A stretch of DNA of 64,000 nt, from sequence record PQ657772.1; one strand, 5' to 3'. Positions 31,358 through 41,294 of this stretch are shown in pieces (the stretch's first letter is position 1; each line of letters starts with the position of its first letter). The position numbers were made by a program, and so were the translations under genes. The notes under the pieces are model-generated. The model did no database searches. It was not told where the DNA came from and was given only the letters and a program-made list of their open reading frames with translations.

Positions 31358-32448
31358 AACTTGTTATCCCTCATATAAAGGCCAATGAAAATAGATACAA
31401 TCAGTAATAAAATAGAAGCACCGATGAGAACATCTTTACGTGGTTCCATTTTTACAGACAAGTACTCGAACTCTTTATTAGAGAGTCTTTCAAACTTTGT
31501 GTCAATATTATGCACTTCTTTGCTCAACAAGTCAAGAGTTAATTTTTCATTTAATGCATCCATTCGCATCTTAGCATGTAGTTCTTCGTTCTTCATGCCT
31601 TGTGCAAAGGAAGTGCTATCAAATTTAACAATCTTCCCATCATTATCAATTCCAAAGAACATAATAACATCATTCTTCTTACCACCACGCCACGAAGCGA
31701 GTGTTGCCTCAACAAAATCTACGTTTTTATAATCATAAACCAAAACTTGGATGTTGACTTGTTTACGTGCACCCATAGTTTTTAGTTCTTCACGCAGATA
31801 CTCATCATAACCATCTACATTATAATTAGTAGTGTTGATTACATGGTGTGTTTTATAATAGTCTACCACACTTGGGTATTCTGGTAAAGTACTAAGATAT
31901 TTCTCATCATACATTTCATGTAATTCATCAGGACTGAACAATGAGTTTTTATCAGCGAACAGATAGTTAATATAAGAACTTTCTGCGGCAGCATAATCCC
32001 CAATGTTAACCTGTTGCCAGCGTGGAGGGGTCATTGTACCCTGACGGTTTACTCGCTCAATCTCAAACTTCCCTACAGTACTTTTTACATACCAGTCAAC
32101 TTCGTATGAATAATCAAATACCTTATAGGACTCACATTCACGATGGGATTTCCCCTTACTATCATAACGAGTTCTGCATTTCTCGTGCCACGTGTAATGC
32201 TTACATGAGCTTGATTGTGTACAAAACTCCTTGTGATTATATTTGGATGTTACCTGCCCATTTAGAATCTCTACATCGTACAATTGGCTGTAGTTGATTG
32301 CATATGAGATACCAAGCACAAGAGCAGCACCAACTATACAACAACCAATATGAATCAACAGTTCTTTAGTACTGATATGCTTATCATACATGTATTTCAT
32401 AACAAATACAACGATAAGTGAAGGAATCAACAGAATAATAAAATTCAT
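31354..32448 (-). CDS. Membrane protein, partner of the LemA-like gene
   Basis: Two N-terminal TMs, Cys-rich extracytoplasmic loop, SWRGGKKNDV motif, C-terminal TM; coupled to 30803..31357. Confidence 0.75.
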   Translation of the reverse strand: MNFIILLIPSLIVVFVMKYMYDKHISTKELLIHIGCCIVGAALVLGISYAINYSQLYDVEILNGQVTSKYNHKEFCTQSSSCKHYTWHEKCRTRYDSKGKSHRECESYKVFDYSYEVDWYVKSTVGKFEIERVNRQGTMTPPRWQQVNIGDYAAAESSYINYLFADKNSLFSPDELHEMYDEKYLSTLPEYPSVVDYYKTHHVINTTNYNVDGYDEYLREELKTMGARKQVNIQVLVYDYKNVDFVEATLASWRGGKKNDVIMFFGIDNDGKIVKFDSTSFAQGMKNEELHAKMRMDALNEKLTLDLLSKEVHNIDTKFERLSNKEFEYLSVKMEPRKDVLIGASILLLIVSIFIGLYMRDNKL

Positions 32449-32451
32449 GTA

Positions 32452-33141
32452 TTAGTCCAGTTTAAGTTTATTGAGACAATAGGAGATTTGGATAGCTTCA
32501 CGTGCTGCATCATACAGAGGGTGATGTAATTCCAAACCATTAATACCACATTTTTCTACATACTTCACGAATTTAGCTAACTGCACTGACACAATCTCAT
32601 CCATTTCGGTGCGAGCTTCTTCATTCAATAAACGCTTCAGGGTTCGTGCGTTTTCAGGAGCATCATATTTCCACAAATCACCAACATTCAATAGTTTTAA
32701 GTGATTAGCTTGTAAAATACTACAGTCGAAGTTGCAGCCATTTCCCCAAATTGAATGTTCAACCTCTTTACCATAACAATCAAAACGGATATCTTTCCAG
32801 AAATCGACAATACCATTAGAAGTAAAGATTTGTTTGGATTTACCATTAGGACCGTACAATTCTGGTGCAACTAGTGCCATAGTACTGGCAACTTCAGCAT
32901 ATGCATTAGGATATTCCTTCTGACATGTATTCATCCAGAAATCCATTGCACCTGCATCTGATTTCAGCCCAGCGTTGACTTGTGCTTGGTATGGTAACTT
33001 AACATATACAAATTGTCTGATATCATGTTCAGGTTTACTTGGAACAACTACTGCTGCATAATTTGGAATAATAATATCATAACCAGAGTTTTCAGGAGTA
33101 CCGAGAGCTTCAATATCAACACTAACATGACGGCGTTTCAT
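32452..33141 (-). CDS. DEDDh 3'-5' exonuclease (DexA/ExoVIII-like)
   Basis: SVDIEALGT, WGNGCNFD, HHPLYDA motifs. Confidence 0.8.
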   Translation of the reverse strand: MKRRHVSVDIEALGTPENSGYDIIIPNYAAVVVPSKPEHDIRQFVYVKLPYQAQVNAGLKSDAGAMDFWMNTCQKEYPNAYAEVASTMALVAPELYGPNGKSKQIFTSNGIVDFWKDIRFDCYGKEVEHSIWGNGCNFDCSILQANHLKLLNVGDLWKYDAPENARTLKRLLNEEARTEMDEIVSVQLAKFVKYVEKCGINGLELHHPLYDAAREAIQISYCLNKLKLD

Positions 33142-33164
33142 ATTTCGTTCCTTATCTGTATATT

Positions 33165-33219
33165 AAAAAAGAGTGCGTTTCAATAAGAACATTATATTGA
33201 AAACGCACTCTTGTGTCAA
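33165..33219 (-). promoter_or_regulatory. Promoter nested in a terminator hairpin
   Basis: TTGACA-N17-TATAAT (33219-33191) forms the 5' arm of GAGTGCGTTTTCAATA...TATTGAAACGCACTC-TTTTTT. Confidence 0.75.
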
Positions 33220-33222
33220 CTA

Positions 33223-34365
33223 TTACTTGTTAGCTTTTTCAGCAATTTCACGAAGAGTATCTTCAAGTTCATGAGAGAGTTTTGCGATTTCAATCTTAGC
33301 TCGCTCACGCTCTTCTTTACCTTTCTTCTCTTCAATCAGTACTGCTTCGATGCTATCGATCATTGTTTTGTGTACATTACGCAATGTTTTAATATCCACG
33401 ATACCACGATTATTTGCCTTAGCAGCATCCAACATGTTAGTTGCTACCATTTTAGAGTTTACTTCGAGTAAACGGTTAGTTTCATTGTCAATCAGATTAC
33501 CCAACTCATTGTCTTTACGTTGACGTTCGGAAATCAACTGTTCAGCCAATTGTGATTTCCATGCTGGAATAACAACTGATTTCAAATCCTCAAACTTAGA
33601 AACAGTGTTGAGGTTTACTTTCTTCATACTCATCAGGCGAGGACCGCTCAGTTCACACATCATGATAAGACGACGAATCTTATCTTCCTGTTTAGAAAGA
33701 GCTTCACAAATCATCTTTTGCTCCTGGATTGCAAAAGAATCAACGTCAGGGTTCGCTTGCATTGCTACCAATTCAGCATCTTGTGCTTTGGTAACTTCTT
33801 CCAACTCAACTAACGTATCACGCAGTTCAAAGAGATAGTTTTTGTTTTCGTTGTAAGCAGTGTCTAGCCATGCACATTCCCCATGCTGGCGGTTAATACC
33901 AACCTGAAGAGTGTTCATGATTTCATCAATTTGTTCTTTACTGTTTTTGTACTGATCGCCAACTTTCTGTTTAGCATTAACAAAAAGTTTTTTGACCCAG
34001 CCTACGATTGATTTATCATCCTGTAGACTATCAATATCAACTGCACGAGTCAATGTCAAGATAGTAGTAATAGACTTACCGAATTCGGTATTATCATCAG
34101 TGACGTTAACTTTTGACATGATTTCATCAGCCAAACGTCCTACACCTGCCCCAGCAGTGGTTCCGATGGTATTAATATTCTGCACAGTTAAAGCCATACT
34201 GTTGCCTTTAGTATCTTTCAGTGCTGGAAGTGACTTGGACTGTTGTTCGAAGATATCAGTTGCGTCAATTGTGTGTGCTGCTGTTTTGGTAGTACGTTTG
34301 GCAGTTTTGGTTGCTTTGGCTTGTTTAACTGTTGCTTTTTTCGGATTGATTTCTTTCTCGGACAT
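33223..34365 (-). CDS. Toxic anion resistance protein TelA family
   Basis: IVGWVKKLF...QYKNSKEQIDEI, IPAWKSQL; start MSEKE with GAGG RBS. Confidence 0.8.
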   Translation of the reverse strand: MSEKEINPKKATVKQAKATKTAKRTTKTAAHTIDATDIFEQQSKSLPALKDTKGNSMALTVQNINTIGTTAGAGVGRLADEIMSKVNVTDDNTEFGKSITTILTLTRAVDIDSLQDDKSIVGWVKKLFVNAKQKVGDQYKNSKEQIDEIMNTLQVGINRQHGECAWLDTAYNENKNYLFELRDTLVELEEVTKAQDAELVAMQANPDVDSFAIQEQKMICEALSKQEDKIRRLIMMCELSGPRLMSMKKVNLNTVSKFEDLKSVVIPAWKSQLAEQLISERQRKDNELGNLIDNETNRLLEVNSKMVATNMLDAAKANNRGIVDIKTLRNVHKTMIDSIEAVLIEEKKGKEERERAKIEIAKLSHELEDTLREIAEKANK

Positions 34366-34411
34366 TGTGTATTCCTCAGTTAATTTAAGATAGTGTTGCT
34401 CAGTGATAAAC

Positions 34412-34440
34412 ATTCTACAGGCAACACTCAGTACTGTCAA
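34412..34440 (-). promoter_or_regulatory. Sigma70 promoter containing AGTACT, within an inverted repeat
   Basis: TTGACA-GTACTGAGTGTTGCCTG-TAGAAT; AGTGTTGC/GCAACACT stem. Confidence 0.75.
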
Positions 34441-34448
34441 CTACTTTT

Positions 34449-35576
34449 TTACTCTTTATTTCCATACGCTAGGTTGCGAATGATATTGGCAGTATCTTCA
34501 TCGACTGCTTTACCAGTTTGAGCTTGTAAACGACCTATAATCAATGGGATAGTGATAGTTTGAATATCAATCATTCGGCTCATATCAATCTGATACTGCT
34601 TACTAACACCAACAATACTAGTTTCAGTCATTGCTGTTGAAATACCCATTTTCATAATACGTTCAAGCGTTAGTTCATATTCAAATGGATCTTCCAAACG
34701 ACGAATTGCATATTCACACCCAATCTTACCATACTCAAGTTCATTTTTGATTTCACGAACTTCATCACGAATTTCAGTGAATAAAGACGTAATACCACTA
34801 AACTTGTTAGTATCGTACTTCACGGCCTCATTCAATGCTTTCATTACTTTTGGTAAATCAGATGGTTGAACTTTGATATCTGCTTTCCCAAACAACTTCT
34901 GTGCAAAGGTAGGCTTCAACGGGAATAACTTTTCCAGTGCTGTTGTAAGGTTACCCATTAATAAACGGATATAATCACTGTGTTGTTGTAGTGCTGCGTT
35001 CAAATCCAATTGTCGCTCAGAGATCTTCTGAATCTTCATACCAACTTCTTGTGCACATACTGGGAGGTTAACATACCAATCCAGTACTTTTACCGAATCT
35101 TTTTTAATTGTATCTGGGAATTCCATCCAACGTTCAATGTCAGCAACCATCTCACATTCAGGGTCGATAGGTTTCTTCTTAAGAACAATAGGAGCCGGAA
35201 CTTCTGGTGAAGTAGCTACTGCTGCCATGTTTGGACGAAGTTTACCTTCCTTCCAGTCTCGGTACTCCTTCTCTAACGGAGGAATTGGGAGATCTGGAAC
35301 GATTCTCACATTTGAGAAATGAATTTTATCTTTCATCAAATCCATTACCTTCAAACGGCGATTATCAAAATAGATCTCGTCGAGTGAAAGTGAACGGGTG
35401 TCGAAATGTGGATTTCCCAATGAATCGTATGTTCTGTCCACAACAATGGTATACATATATTTTCGATTCGATGAACGATCATACTGTTTTAACAGTGAGT
35501 TAAGAACGTAGTTGAAGTTAAATTCTTTGATTTCAACTTCTTTGCCGTTGTCAATGAAAAAATATTTTCCTTTCAT
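34449..35576 (-). CDS. TelA/KlaA-like coiled-coil protein with extra N-terminal domain
   Basis: C-terminal half helical with TFAQKLFGK; adjacent to TelA. Confidence 0.55.
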   Translation of the reverse strand: MKGKYFFIDNGKEVEIKEFNFNYVLNSLLKQYDRSSNRKYMYTIVVDRTYDSLGNPHFDTRSLSLDEIYFDNRRLKVMDLMKDKIHFSNVRIVPDLPIPPLEKEYRDWKEGKLRPNMAAVATSPEVPAPIVLKKKPIDPECEMVADIERWMEFPDTIKKDSVKVLDWYVNLPVCAQEVGMKIQKISERQLDLNAALQQHSDYIRLLMGNLTTALEKLFPLKPTFAQKLFGKADIKVQPSDLPKVMKALNEAVKYDTNKFSGITSLFTEIRDEVREIKNELEYGKIGCEYAIRRLEDPFEYELTLERIMKMGISTAMTETSIVGVSKQYQIDMSRMIDIQTITIPLIIGRLQAQTGKAVDEDTANIIRNLAYGNKE

Positions 35577-35616
35577 TACTAACCTCTTAATTAATTAAAA
35601 TTGATACGATACGTAC

Positions 35617-35645
35617 ATTCTACATACACACGATGTATTTGTCAA
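35617..35645 (-). promoter_or_regulatory. Sigma70 promoter
   Basis: TTGACA-N17-TAGAAT. Confidence 0.75.
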
Positions 35646-35675
35646 ACCATTTTTTAAAGAAAAAAAGGACGCACC

Positions 35676-36494
35676 TTAGTGCATCCTTTTGTTACTCTTG
35701 TCCTTGTACCACACAAATGTTTTTACTGGTGGGTACTTTTCATTCTTTGGTGGTTCCGGCATATCATACACAGTTGCATTTCTGAATTTTAAAATGTATG
35801 AATCCATTAAACGAATTATACAATAGTTCATGCACTTTTGTGCACGTTCTTTCCAAAAATGTTTATATGGTTCTGGACACCCAAGATAATCCAATTTGTA
35901 CATACCCATAGCAGCTTGCATAAAGCGTTGGGCAGAGAACTTACGCTTGTCTACCTTACTAGCTCGATGCTGGTCACATGTCCAACTAGAGATACCAGGG
36001 AGATGACAGAATAAATCAAAACTCACCATACTATCAAAGTACTTGTTATGACCGTTCAACTCTCCATAAAATACCGCTTCGGAAACAGTTTCATATAGTG
36101 AGTAATTTGTATGTATATGTTCATTGTCAAATATAGCTTTTAGATCTTTGTAAGTTTCTGGTACTGGTGGCTCTGGTAACACTTCACCGAACGTCTCTAA
36201 GCACCAAATCTTCCACAAGCCTTTCGTAAATTTTACTTCAAGTTCTTTATCGCTGTCAATATAAAAAGTTTTCTCATTGATAAAAACTTTTCGTGCCATG
36301 TATGCTTTGAATACCGCATCAGGGTCGATATCTTCACGTTTGATATCGTCCCATCCTTTACCGATTCGAGAAATTTCGAATCGTCTCATATACATTCTAC
36401 ATGCCAAATCTTTAGTTGTACTACGATGATACTTGTCGTCTTGGTGAAGTTTGGTAGTCTCATGGAGAGATTTAAGCATGTTTAAAATTCTCAT
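35676..36494 (-). CDS. Hypothetical protein (272 aa)
   Basis: Long ORF. Confidence 0.8.
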   Translation of the reverse strand: MRILNMLKSLHETTKLHQDDKYHRSTTKDLACRMYMRRFEISRIGKGWDDIKREDIDPDAVFKAYMARKVFINEKTFYIDSDKELEVKFTKGLWKIWCLETFGEVLPEPPVPETYKDLKAIFDNEHIHTNYSLYETVSEAVFYGELNGHNKYFDSMVSFDLFCHLPGISSWTCDQHRASKVDKRKFSAQRFMQAAMGMYKLDYLGCPEPYKHFWKERAQKCMNYCIIRLMDSYILKFRNATVYDMPEPPKNEKYPPVKTFVWYKDKSNKRMH

Positions 36495-37171
36495 CGTAAC
36501 ACCAAATACTTCCCATCTTTACCTACTACATACTGATTACCGCTACGTAGGACGCTATAACTTTCACCTAGTACCGAACTTAAGCGAGATGTATCTACCT
36601 GCGTATCGTTCGATAGAAGCTGTTTTACGTATGCTTCTGACACAAAGCCACTACCAGTACTGTAATGTAGTTTACCATATGCAGTGTTTAGTGCAAGCAT
36701 GTGACCTTCTTTAACAACAGATACACCAGCAAAGTCTAAAAATTCACTGATGGATTTAGGAATACCCAAATCGATACGTTGTTGAATTTCATCAAAATCA
36801 ACATCAATCGGATCATTCACACCATAAAGCTGAATCTTCCAGCCAGGATTTGGGCAAATGTTTTCAATAGTTTTGATAAGACGAAGTAGGTTTTCTGGAA
36901 ATTCCGCATCACGTTCCATTTCAACGAATACCTGATAACGACCATCCAGGTTAGGTGTTTCAGCAGCTTCAGTATCAACTGCATCAATTGGAGACTTCTC
37001 AATAAAAGATGACAGGTCATATGCAGCATCAAAGTTGTTTAGTACTTGAAACATAACAACGATATTACTATCTTCAATCTTAGGAGTATATTCATCTACA
37101 CTAATAATAGGATGAATCAAATCCTTTAGTACTTGTGGACGTAAACCTTGTTCATTTAGTTTCTTTTTCAT
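36491..37171 (-). CDS. Jumbo-phage hypothetical protein
   Basis: 226 aa, coupled to 37168..37734. Confidence 0.8.
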   Translation of the reverse strand: MKKKLNEQGLRPQVLKDLIHPIISVDEYTPKIEDSNIVVMFQVLNNFDAAYDLSSFIEKSPIDAVDTEAAETPNLDGRYQVFVEMERDAEFPENLLRLIKTIENICPNPGWKIQLYGVNDPIDVDFDEIQQRIDLGIPKSISEFLDFAGVSVVKEGHMLALNTAYGKLHYSTGSGFVSEAYVKQLLSNDTQVDTSRLSSVLGESYSVLRSGNQYVVGKDGKYLVLR

Positions 37172-37734
37172 TGCATACCACCTTGTTGTACATCATCAGA
37201 TACTTCTACATCTAAATCAACATCTTCACCAGTAATTGGCTCATCTGATGGTTCTTGTGCATTCATAGGATTACTATTGAACTCGGAAGCCATTAGTTTG
37301 TATTCATCAAAACTTTCAGGGTTGATTAGGTTTCTAGGAATTTGTACACGAACCAATAGAACTGGAATTCGTTCATTTTTTGGAATACGAACAGAACCAG
37401 ATTGCGTTGCCACACTCTTCATATCAGCCTGACGGTTAGGATCTTGAATAGGTGTAATTTCATAATCTGCTTTCACATATACCTTAGTCCCGTGCTTCTC
37501 AAGAATTGAGAATGCAGTAGGATCAGGGAAATTCTCACGATAGTATTTGAATGTCACAGTACACCAGTACTTACTAACAATCGGACCTTCAACGAGTTCA
37601 CCTTCGATGATACCATGATATGCGTACAAATCATTATCATCAAAATATTTTTCAACAGCCAGAAGTATATCTAGCATACCGCTGTTATCATACAACTGCT
37701 GGACTGCATTATCTGTATAATCTAAATCATCCAT
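37168..37734 (-). CDS. Jumbo-phage hypothetical protein
   Basis: 188 aa, TAAATA at 37773-37778 upstream. Confidence 0.8.
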   Translation of the reverse strand: MDDLDYTDNAVQQLYDNSGMLDILLAVEKYFDDNDLYAYHGIIEGELVEGPIVSKYWCTVTFKYYRENFPDPTAFSILEKHGTKVYVKADYEITPIQDPNRQADMKSVATQSGSVRIPKNERIPVLLVRVQIPRNLINPESFDEYKLMASEFNSNPMNAQEPSDEPITGEDVDLDVEVSDDVQQGGMQ

Positions 37735-37833
37735 GTTTTATATTATCCTTAAAAAACTAGCACATATAATACTATTTACTACTTTTAAAAAACAATAAAA
37801 GGGGATTAAATAATCCCCATTGTTTTTACTATA

Positions 37834-38460
37834 TTATTGGTAATATTTCGACAGTACTGAATAGATTTTTAAACGTAGTTCATCCCAGTTGTTAACATAG
37901 TCATACCCATAACCATTTTTATACATATGATTGTGGGACGCTCGCATCATAACTGATGGGATACCCAATTCCATTGATGTTTCAATATTATTGATATAAT
38001 CATCAATCATCAGTTTTACGTCATATCGTTCTTTTAATTCTACTAGTGCTTCATGCTTAGATTCATTCATTTCAACAATGATGATTTCATCAAAACATGT
38101 CTCACCAAATACATGCATAAGATTAGTATTGCGAAGTACCTCGCTATAACCTTTCTTACCACACTTAGTCAGTACTATGAATTTTTCCTTGTAAAAACGA
38201 TCACGCAGTTCATGCATAATACTTACAGTGTTAGTTTCTACAGGTTTTAGTAATCCAAACATATACGAACGTTGATTGAATTCAGTAATGATCTCTTGAA
38301 CTTTTTCTCGTGAAACACCAAACCATTCAGATAAATCGTATGCGAGTGGGTATGGTGTTGTTGGGTTGATATCATATTGGAGTTTTGCGTATTCTCCTAA
38401 TGAACCAATGTGATCTAGTAGTACTTCATCACAGTCGAATACAATACAACGGTCTTTCAT
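37834..38460 (-). CDS. HAD-superfamily 5'(3')-deoxyribonucleotidase-like phosphatase
   Basis: FDCDEVLLD (DxD) and MIDDYINN motifs. Confidence 0.8.
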   Translation of the reverse strand: MKDRCIVFDCDEVLLDHIGSLGEYAKLQYDINPTTPYPLAYDLSEWFGVSREKVQEIITEFNQRSYMFGLLKPVETNTVSIMHELRDRFYKEKFIVLTKCGKKGYSEVLRNTNLMHVFGETCFDEIIIVEMNESKHEALVELKERYDVKLMIDDYINNIETSMELGIPSVMMRASHNHMYKNGYGYDYVNNWDELRLKIYSVLSKYYQ

Positions 38461-39413
38461 TACATGTTCCCCGAACAGATTAGGTCAATCTCACACAGTA
38501 ATGCACTGAGATTCATTTCACGGTCAGACACGGTAGCTTGTTTAACAACAGCGTCACGAATCTTAACCTTAATTTTCATTAGAGTAATTTCATCAGTACT
38601 GAACATTTCTGCATTACGATACAGATAAGAGAAGAATGCATCCATCTCATCATCAGGAATGTTTTGCACGATCTGCTCACGCATTTGACGAATGTTACCA
38701 GCTTTTAGTGCATCAATAATGGCAGTACGATACCCAGCAGAGTTCTCAATACTGTCTTCAAGCTTTACAAGTTTACCATCGACTACTGAACTTTGCAATA
38801 CGTTTAGCGTTTTGCGGAAATCAGGATATGAAGCATTGATGTATTTTTGTACTTGTTCAATACTTTCATCAGTACTTAGATCTACTCCTTCTGCCAATAG
38901 TACGTTGTAGATGCGTGACATGAATTGTTCCATATCATGCTTCTCAATGGTGATGACCTGAACACGAGAGATAATAGGTTTCTGAATCTTATGTGGTTCA
39001 TTACTGGTAAGAATGAAACGAGCATTTTCATGGTAATCTTCCATGACACGTTTCAAGCTACCCTGTGCTTTGTGGTTCATTTGTTCCATTTCTTCCAGAA
39101 CAAATACACGATAACGACCAAAACATGATAGTTTTGCTGCTGCATCAATTTTGTCACGAACAGCATCGATACCTTCATCTGACATATTCAGTGTTGTTAC
39201 ATCACTAGGGTCAAGGTGTCCGTTAGCTTCCAGACCATTCAGTAGTACTTTGATTGCTGAAGTTTTTCCTGTCCCTGCTGGTCCAAAAAATCCAATATGT
39301 GGGATATCACCAGTACGAATCCATTCTTCCATCTTCTGACGTAGGGCTTCGTTCTTAGATACATAATCTTCCATAGTTTGTGGGCGGTATTTTTCAGTCC
39401 ATAATGTAGTCAT
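38460..39413 (-). CDS. Sliding-clamp loader AAA+ subunit (RFC small/T4 gp44-like)
   Basis: LWTEKYRPQT, GPAGTGKTS, EEMEQM, SRVQ. Confidence 0.92.
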   Translation of the reverse strand: MTTLWTEKYRPQTMEDYVSKNEALRQKMEEWIRTGDIPHIGFFGPAGTGKTSAIKVLLNGLEANGHLDPSDVTTLNMSDEGIDAVRDKIDAAAKLSCFGRYRVFVLEEMEQMNHKAQGSLKRVMEDYHENARFILTSNEPHKIQKPIISRVQVITIEKHDMEQFMSRIYNVLLAEGVDLSTDESIEQVQKYINASYPDFRKTLNVLQSSVVDGKLVKLEDSIENSAGYRTAIIDALKAGNIRQMREQIVQNIPDDEMDAFFSYLYRNAEMFSTDEITLMKIKVKIRDAVVKQATVSDREMNLSALLCEIDLICSGNM

Positions 39414-39439
39414 GTTTTATTTCCTTGTATATTAGGTGT

Positions 39440-39709
39440 TTATGAAATCCAATCTGCATAATCATACAACAATGCAGTGAATAAGTCTTCTGTCATTTCA
39501 AGTTGATTAAACAAAAAATTAAATGAGTTTGCTTTGTTCTTCACACCCATTGCTTCGGCCTGGGCTGATACGATAAGTAAGTACTTAAACATATCATGAG
39601 AAACTTCATATACGTACTTCGTGTTAGTTCTATCTTCAAACATAAATCGTCCATTTTTAGAAACTAACGTAACGTCAGAAAAACTATATTTTCCATCATC
39701 AGTTATCAT
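39440..39709 (-). CDS. Hypothetical protein
   Basis: 89 aa. Confidence 0.7.
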   Translation of the reverse strand: MITDDGKYSFSDVTLVSKNGRFMFEDRTNTKYVYEVSHDMFKYLLIVSAQAEAMGVKNKANSFNFLFNQLEMTEDLFTALLYDYADWIS

Positions 39710-39765
39710 GTATTTTCATCCAAATAAAAAGCCCAGATAATATATCCGAGCTTTAGATTTATGTT

Positions 39766-40092
39766 TTAACGACCAAATGTTTGAGCAGAGATGCGTGGAT
39801 CAGTGTCAGATACCAAACTTACTGCTGCTGGATAATCAACGAGATTCATTTTAATACCATCAATCTCAATAGTTCTCGACCAACGACCGTGGTCAATTAG
39901 AATCCATTGTCCTTCTTTGATATCGGTAATGTCTTCACCAACAGAATATACTTTAGCCCAACGACAACGAATACCACGTATCTTACCATCATCACTTGTC
40001 AGTACAATACCACCTGCGGTTTTACGCTCACCATGTTCTAGTTCAGTTACAATAACTTTACCTTTACAAGCTGTCATTACTTTATTGGTCAT
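39766..40092 (-). CDS. groES: Co-chaperonin GroES (Cpn10)
   Basis: KVIVTELEHGERKTAGGIVL mobile loop; VYSVGE; IKEGQWILI. Confidence 0.88.
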   Translation of the reverse strand: MTNKVMTACKGKVIVTELEHGERKTAGGIVLTSDDGKIRGIRCRWAKVYSVGEDITDIKEGQWILIDHGRWSRTIEIDGIKMNLVDYPAAVSLVSDTDPRISAQTFGR

Positions 40093-40095
40093 GAA

Positions 40096-40440
40096 TTACT
40101 CCTGATCTTTAGTTTTTGCTCGGCGTGGAGCTTTCTTCTCTTCAGATACTTCAACTTCTGGTTCTTGTGGTTGAACTTCAAAGCTTTCATCATCCCATAC
40201 TTCTTCAGTACTATATTCAGCACTGTGAAGTTGGTGTTCAGGAATGAAATCAGGAATTTGCATTTCACGTTCTTTTTCTTGGATTAGTTCTTCACGGGTT
40301 TTAATGACCGTACCACCTGAACCAATCTTATCACCACGAGCATTTAGGTTTGCATTACCTAGTGCTACTTTGTGCTGGTTTTGATACTTTAGCATATCCA
40401 TATCAATGGTGGTTCCACGATAAGTTGTGTGTTTTGACAT
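40096..40440 (-). CDS. Hypothetical protein
   Basis: 114 aa; ALGNANLNARGDKIGSGG. Confidence 0.8.
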   Translation of the reverse strand: MSKHTTYRGTTIDMDMLKYQNQHKVALGNANLNARGDKIGSGGTVIKTREELIQEKEREMQIPDFIPEHQLHSAEYSTEEVWDDESFEVQPQEPEVEVSEEKKAPRRAKTKDQE

Positions 40441-40503
40441 ATAAAAATCCTTTTTCTATGTGAGTGATATAACGCCTCAAACAACATTATATCACATGTT
40501 TTT

Positions 40504-41022
40504 CTACCATTTCAAAAATTCATTTACATCTAGTTTATACTTCAAAGAATCAACCATATGCAAATCAATCAGGAACAAACAATACGAAGCCACTGAACTA
40601 CCACGCCCAAGACCCCAAAAAATATTGTGCTCTTCCATATAATCAACTAACCAGATCATACATCTTAAAAGCTTAGTCATGTTGTAATGTTCAAACAAAT
40701 CAATCTCATACATTACACGTTCACGGGCTTCATCCGATGTACATTTCTGTAAAAAGTACTCACGCAAGTTGATGTTATCGTACACTGGATCATAACGCCA
40801 TAGTTCATGGTTTTTATCATGTTCTATTGTATAATCCAGCATACGCTGTTCTAAACCAAATTTTTTACAATTATCGTTAAATTTCAATCGTTCCGGTTCA
40901 TCAATCTCCTGTAGCTGTAAGTACTGAATATCTGCACCACAGTTGATTGCATACACGACTGCATTAAGGTTACATTTTACATCACCATTGGGACTTATAA
41001 ATCTGTTTCCTTGTACTTTCAT
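40504..41022 (-). CDS. Stand-alone fragment of DNA polymerase III alpha (DnaE-like)
   Basis: RVMYEIDLF...WGLGRGSSVASYCLFLIDLHMVDSLKYKLDVNEFL matches the DnaE GxGRGS...DP..L.FERFL segment. Confidence 0.8.
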   Translation of the reverse strand: MKVQGNRFISPNGDVKCNLNAVVYAINCGADIQYLQLQEIDEPERLKFNDNCKKFGLEQRMLDYTIEHDKNHELWRYDPVYDNINLREYFLQKCTSDEARERVMYEIDLFEHYNMTKLLRCMIWLVDYMEEHNIFWGLGRGSSVASYCLFLIDLHMVDSLKYKLDVNEFLKW

Positions 41023-41293
41023 TTTTCTTCTTCTGATCCTCTTCGTTATCCGTTAAGTAAGAGTTCATGTCAAATATACATGGGTCTTGTTCATCATAGG
41101 AGGTTTTTTCTTTTTGTCCCTGACGAATCTCTAATTCAGCATAGCACTGATTCAGAACGGTTTGCATGTTACCAACAATCATATCACTCATACCTGCTGC
41201 ACGAGCAGACGTAATACGCATCGATTGTTCGTTAATTTTCAATTGTAACTCTTTCTCGGTCATGGTTGATGGATCAAAAAATGGATTGAACAT
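40982..41293 (-). CDS. Hypothetical protein
   Basis: 103 aa, AGGAGG RBS. Confidence 0.8.
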   Translation of the reverse strand: MFNPFFDPSTMTEKELQLKINEQSMRITSARAAGMSDMIVGNMQTVLNQCYAELEIRQGQKEKTSYDEQDPCIFDMNSYLTDNEEDQKKKNESTRKQIYKSQW

Positions 41294-41294
41294 A

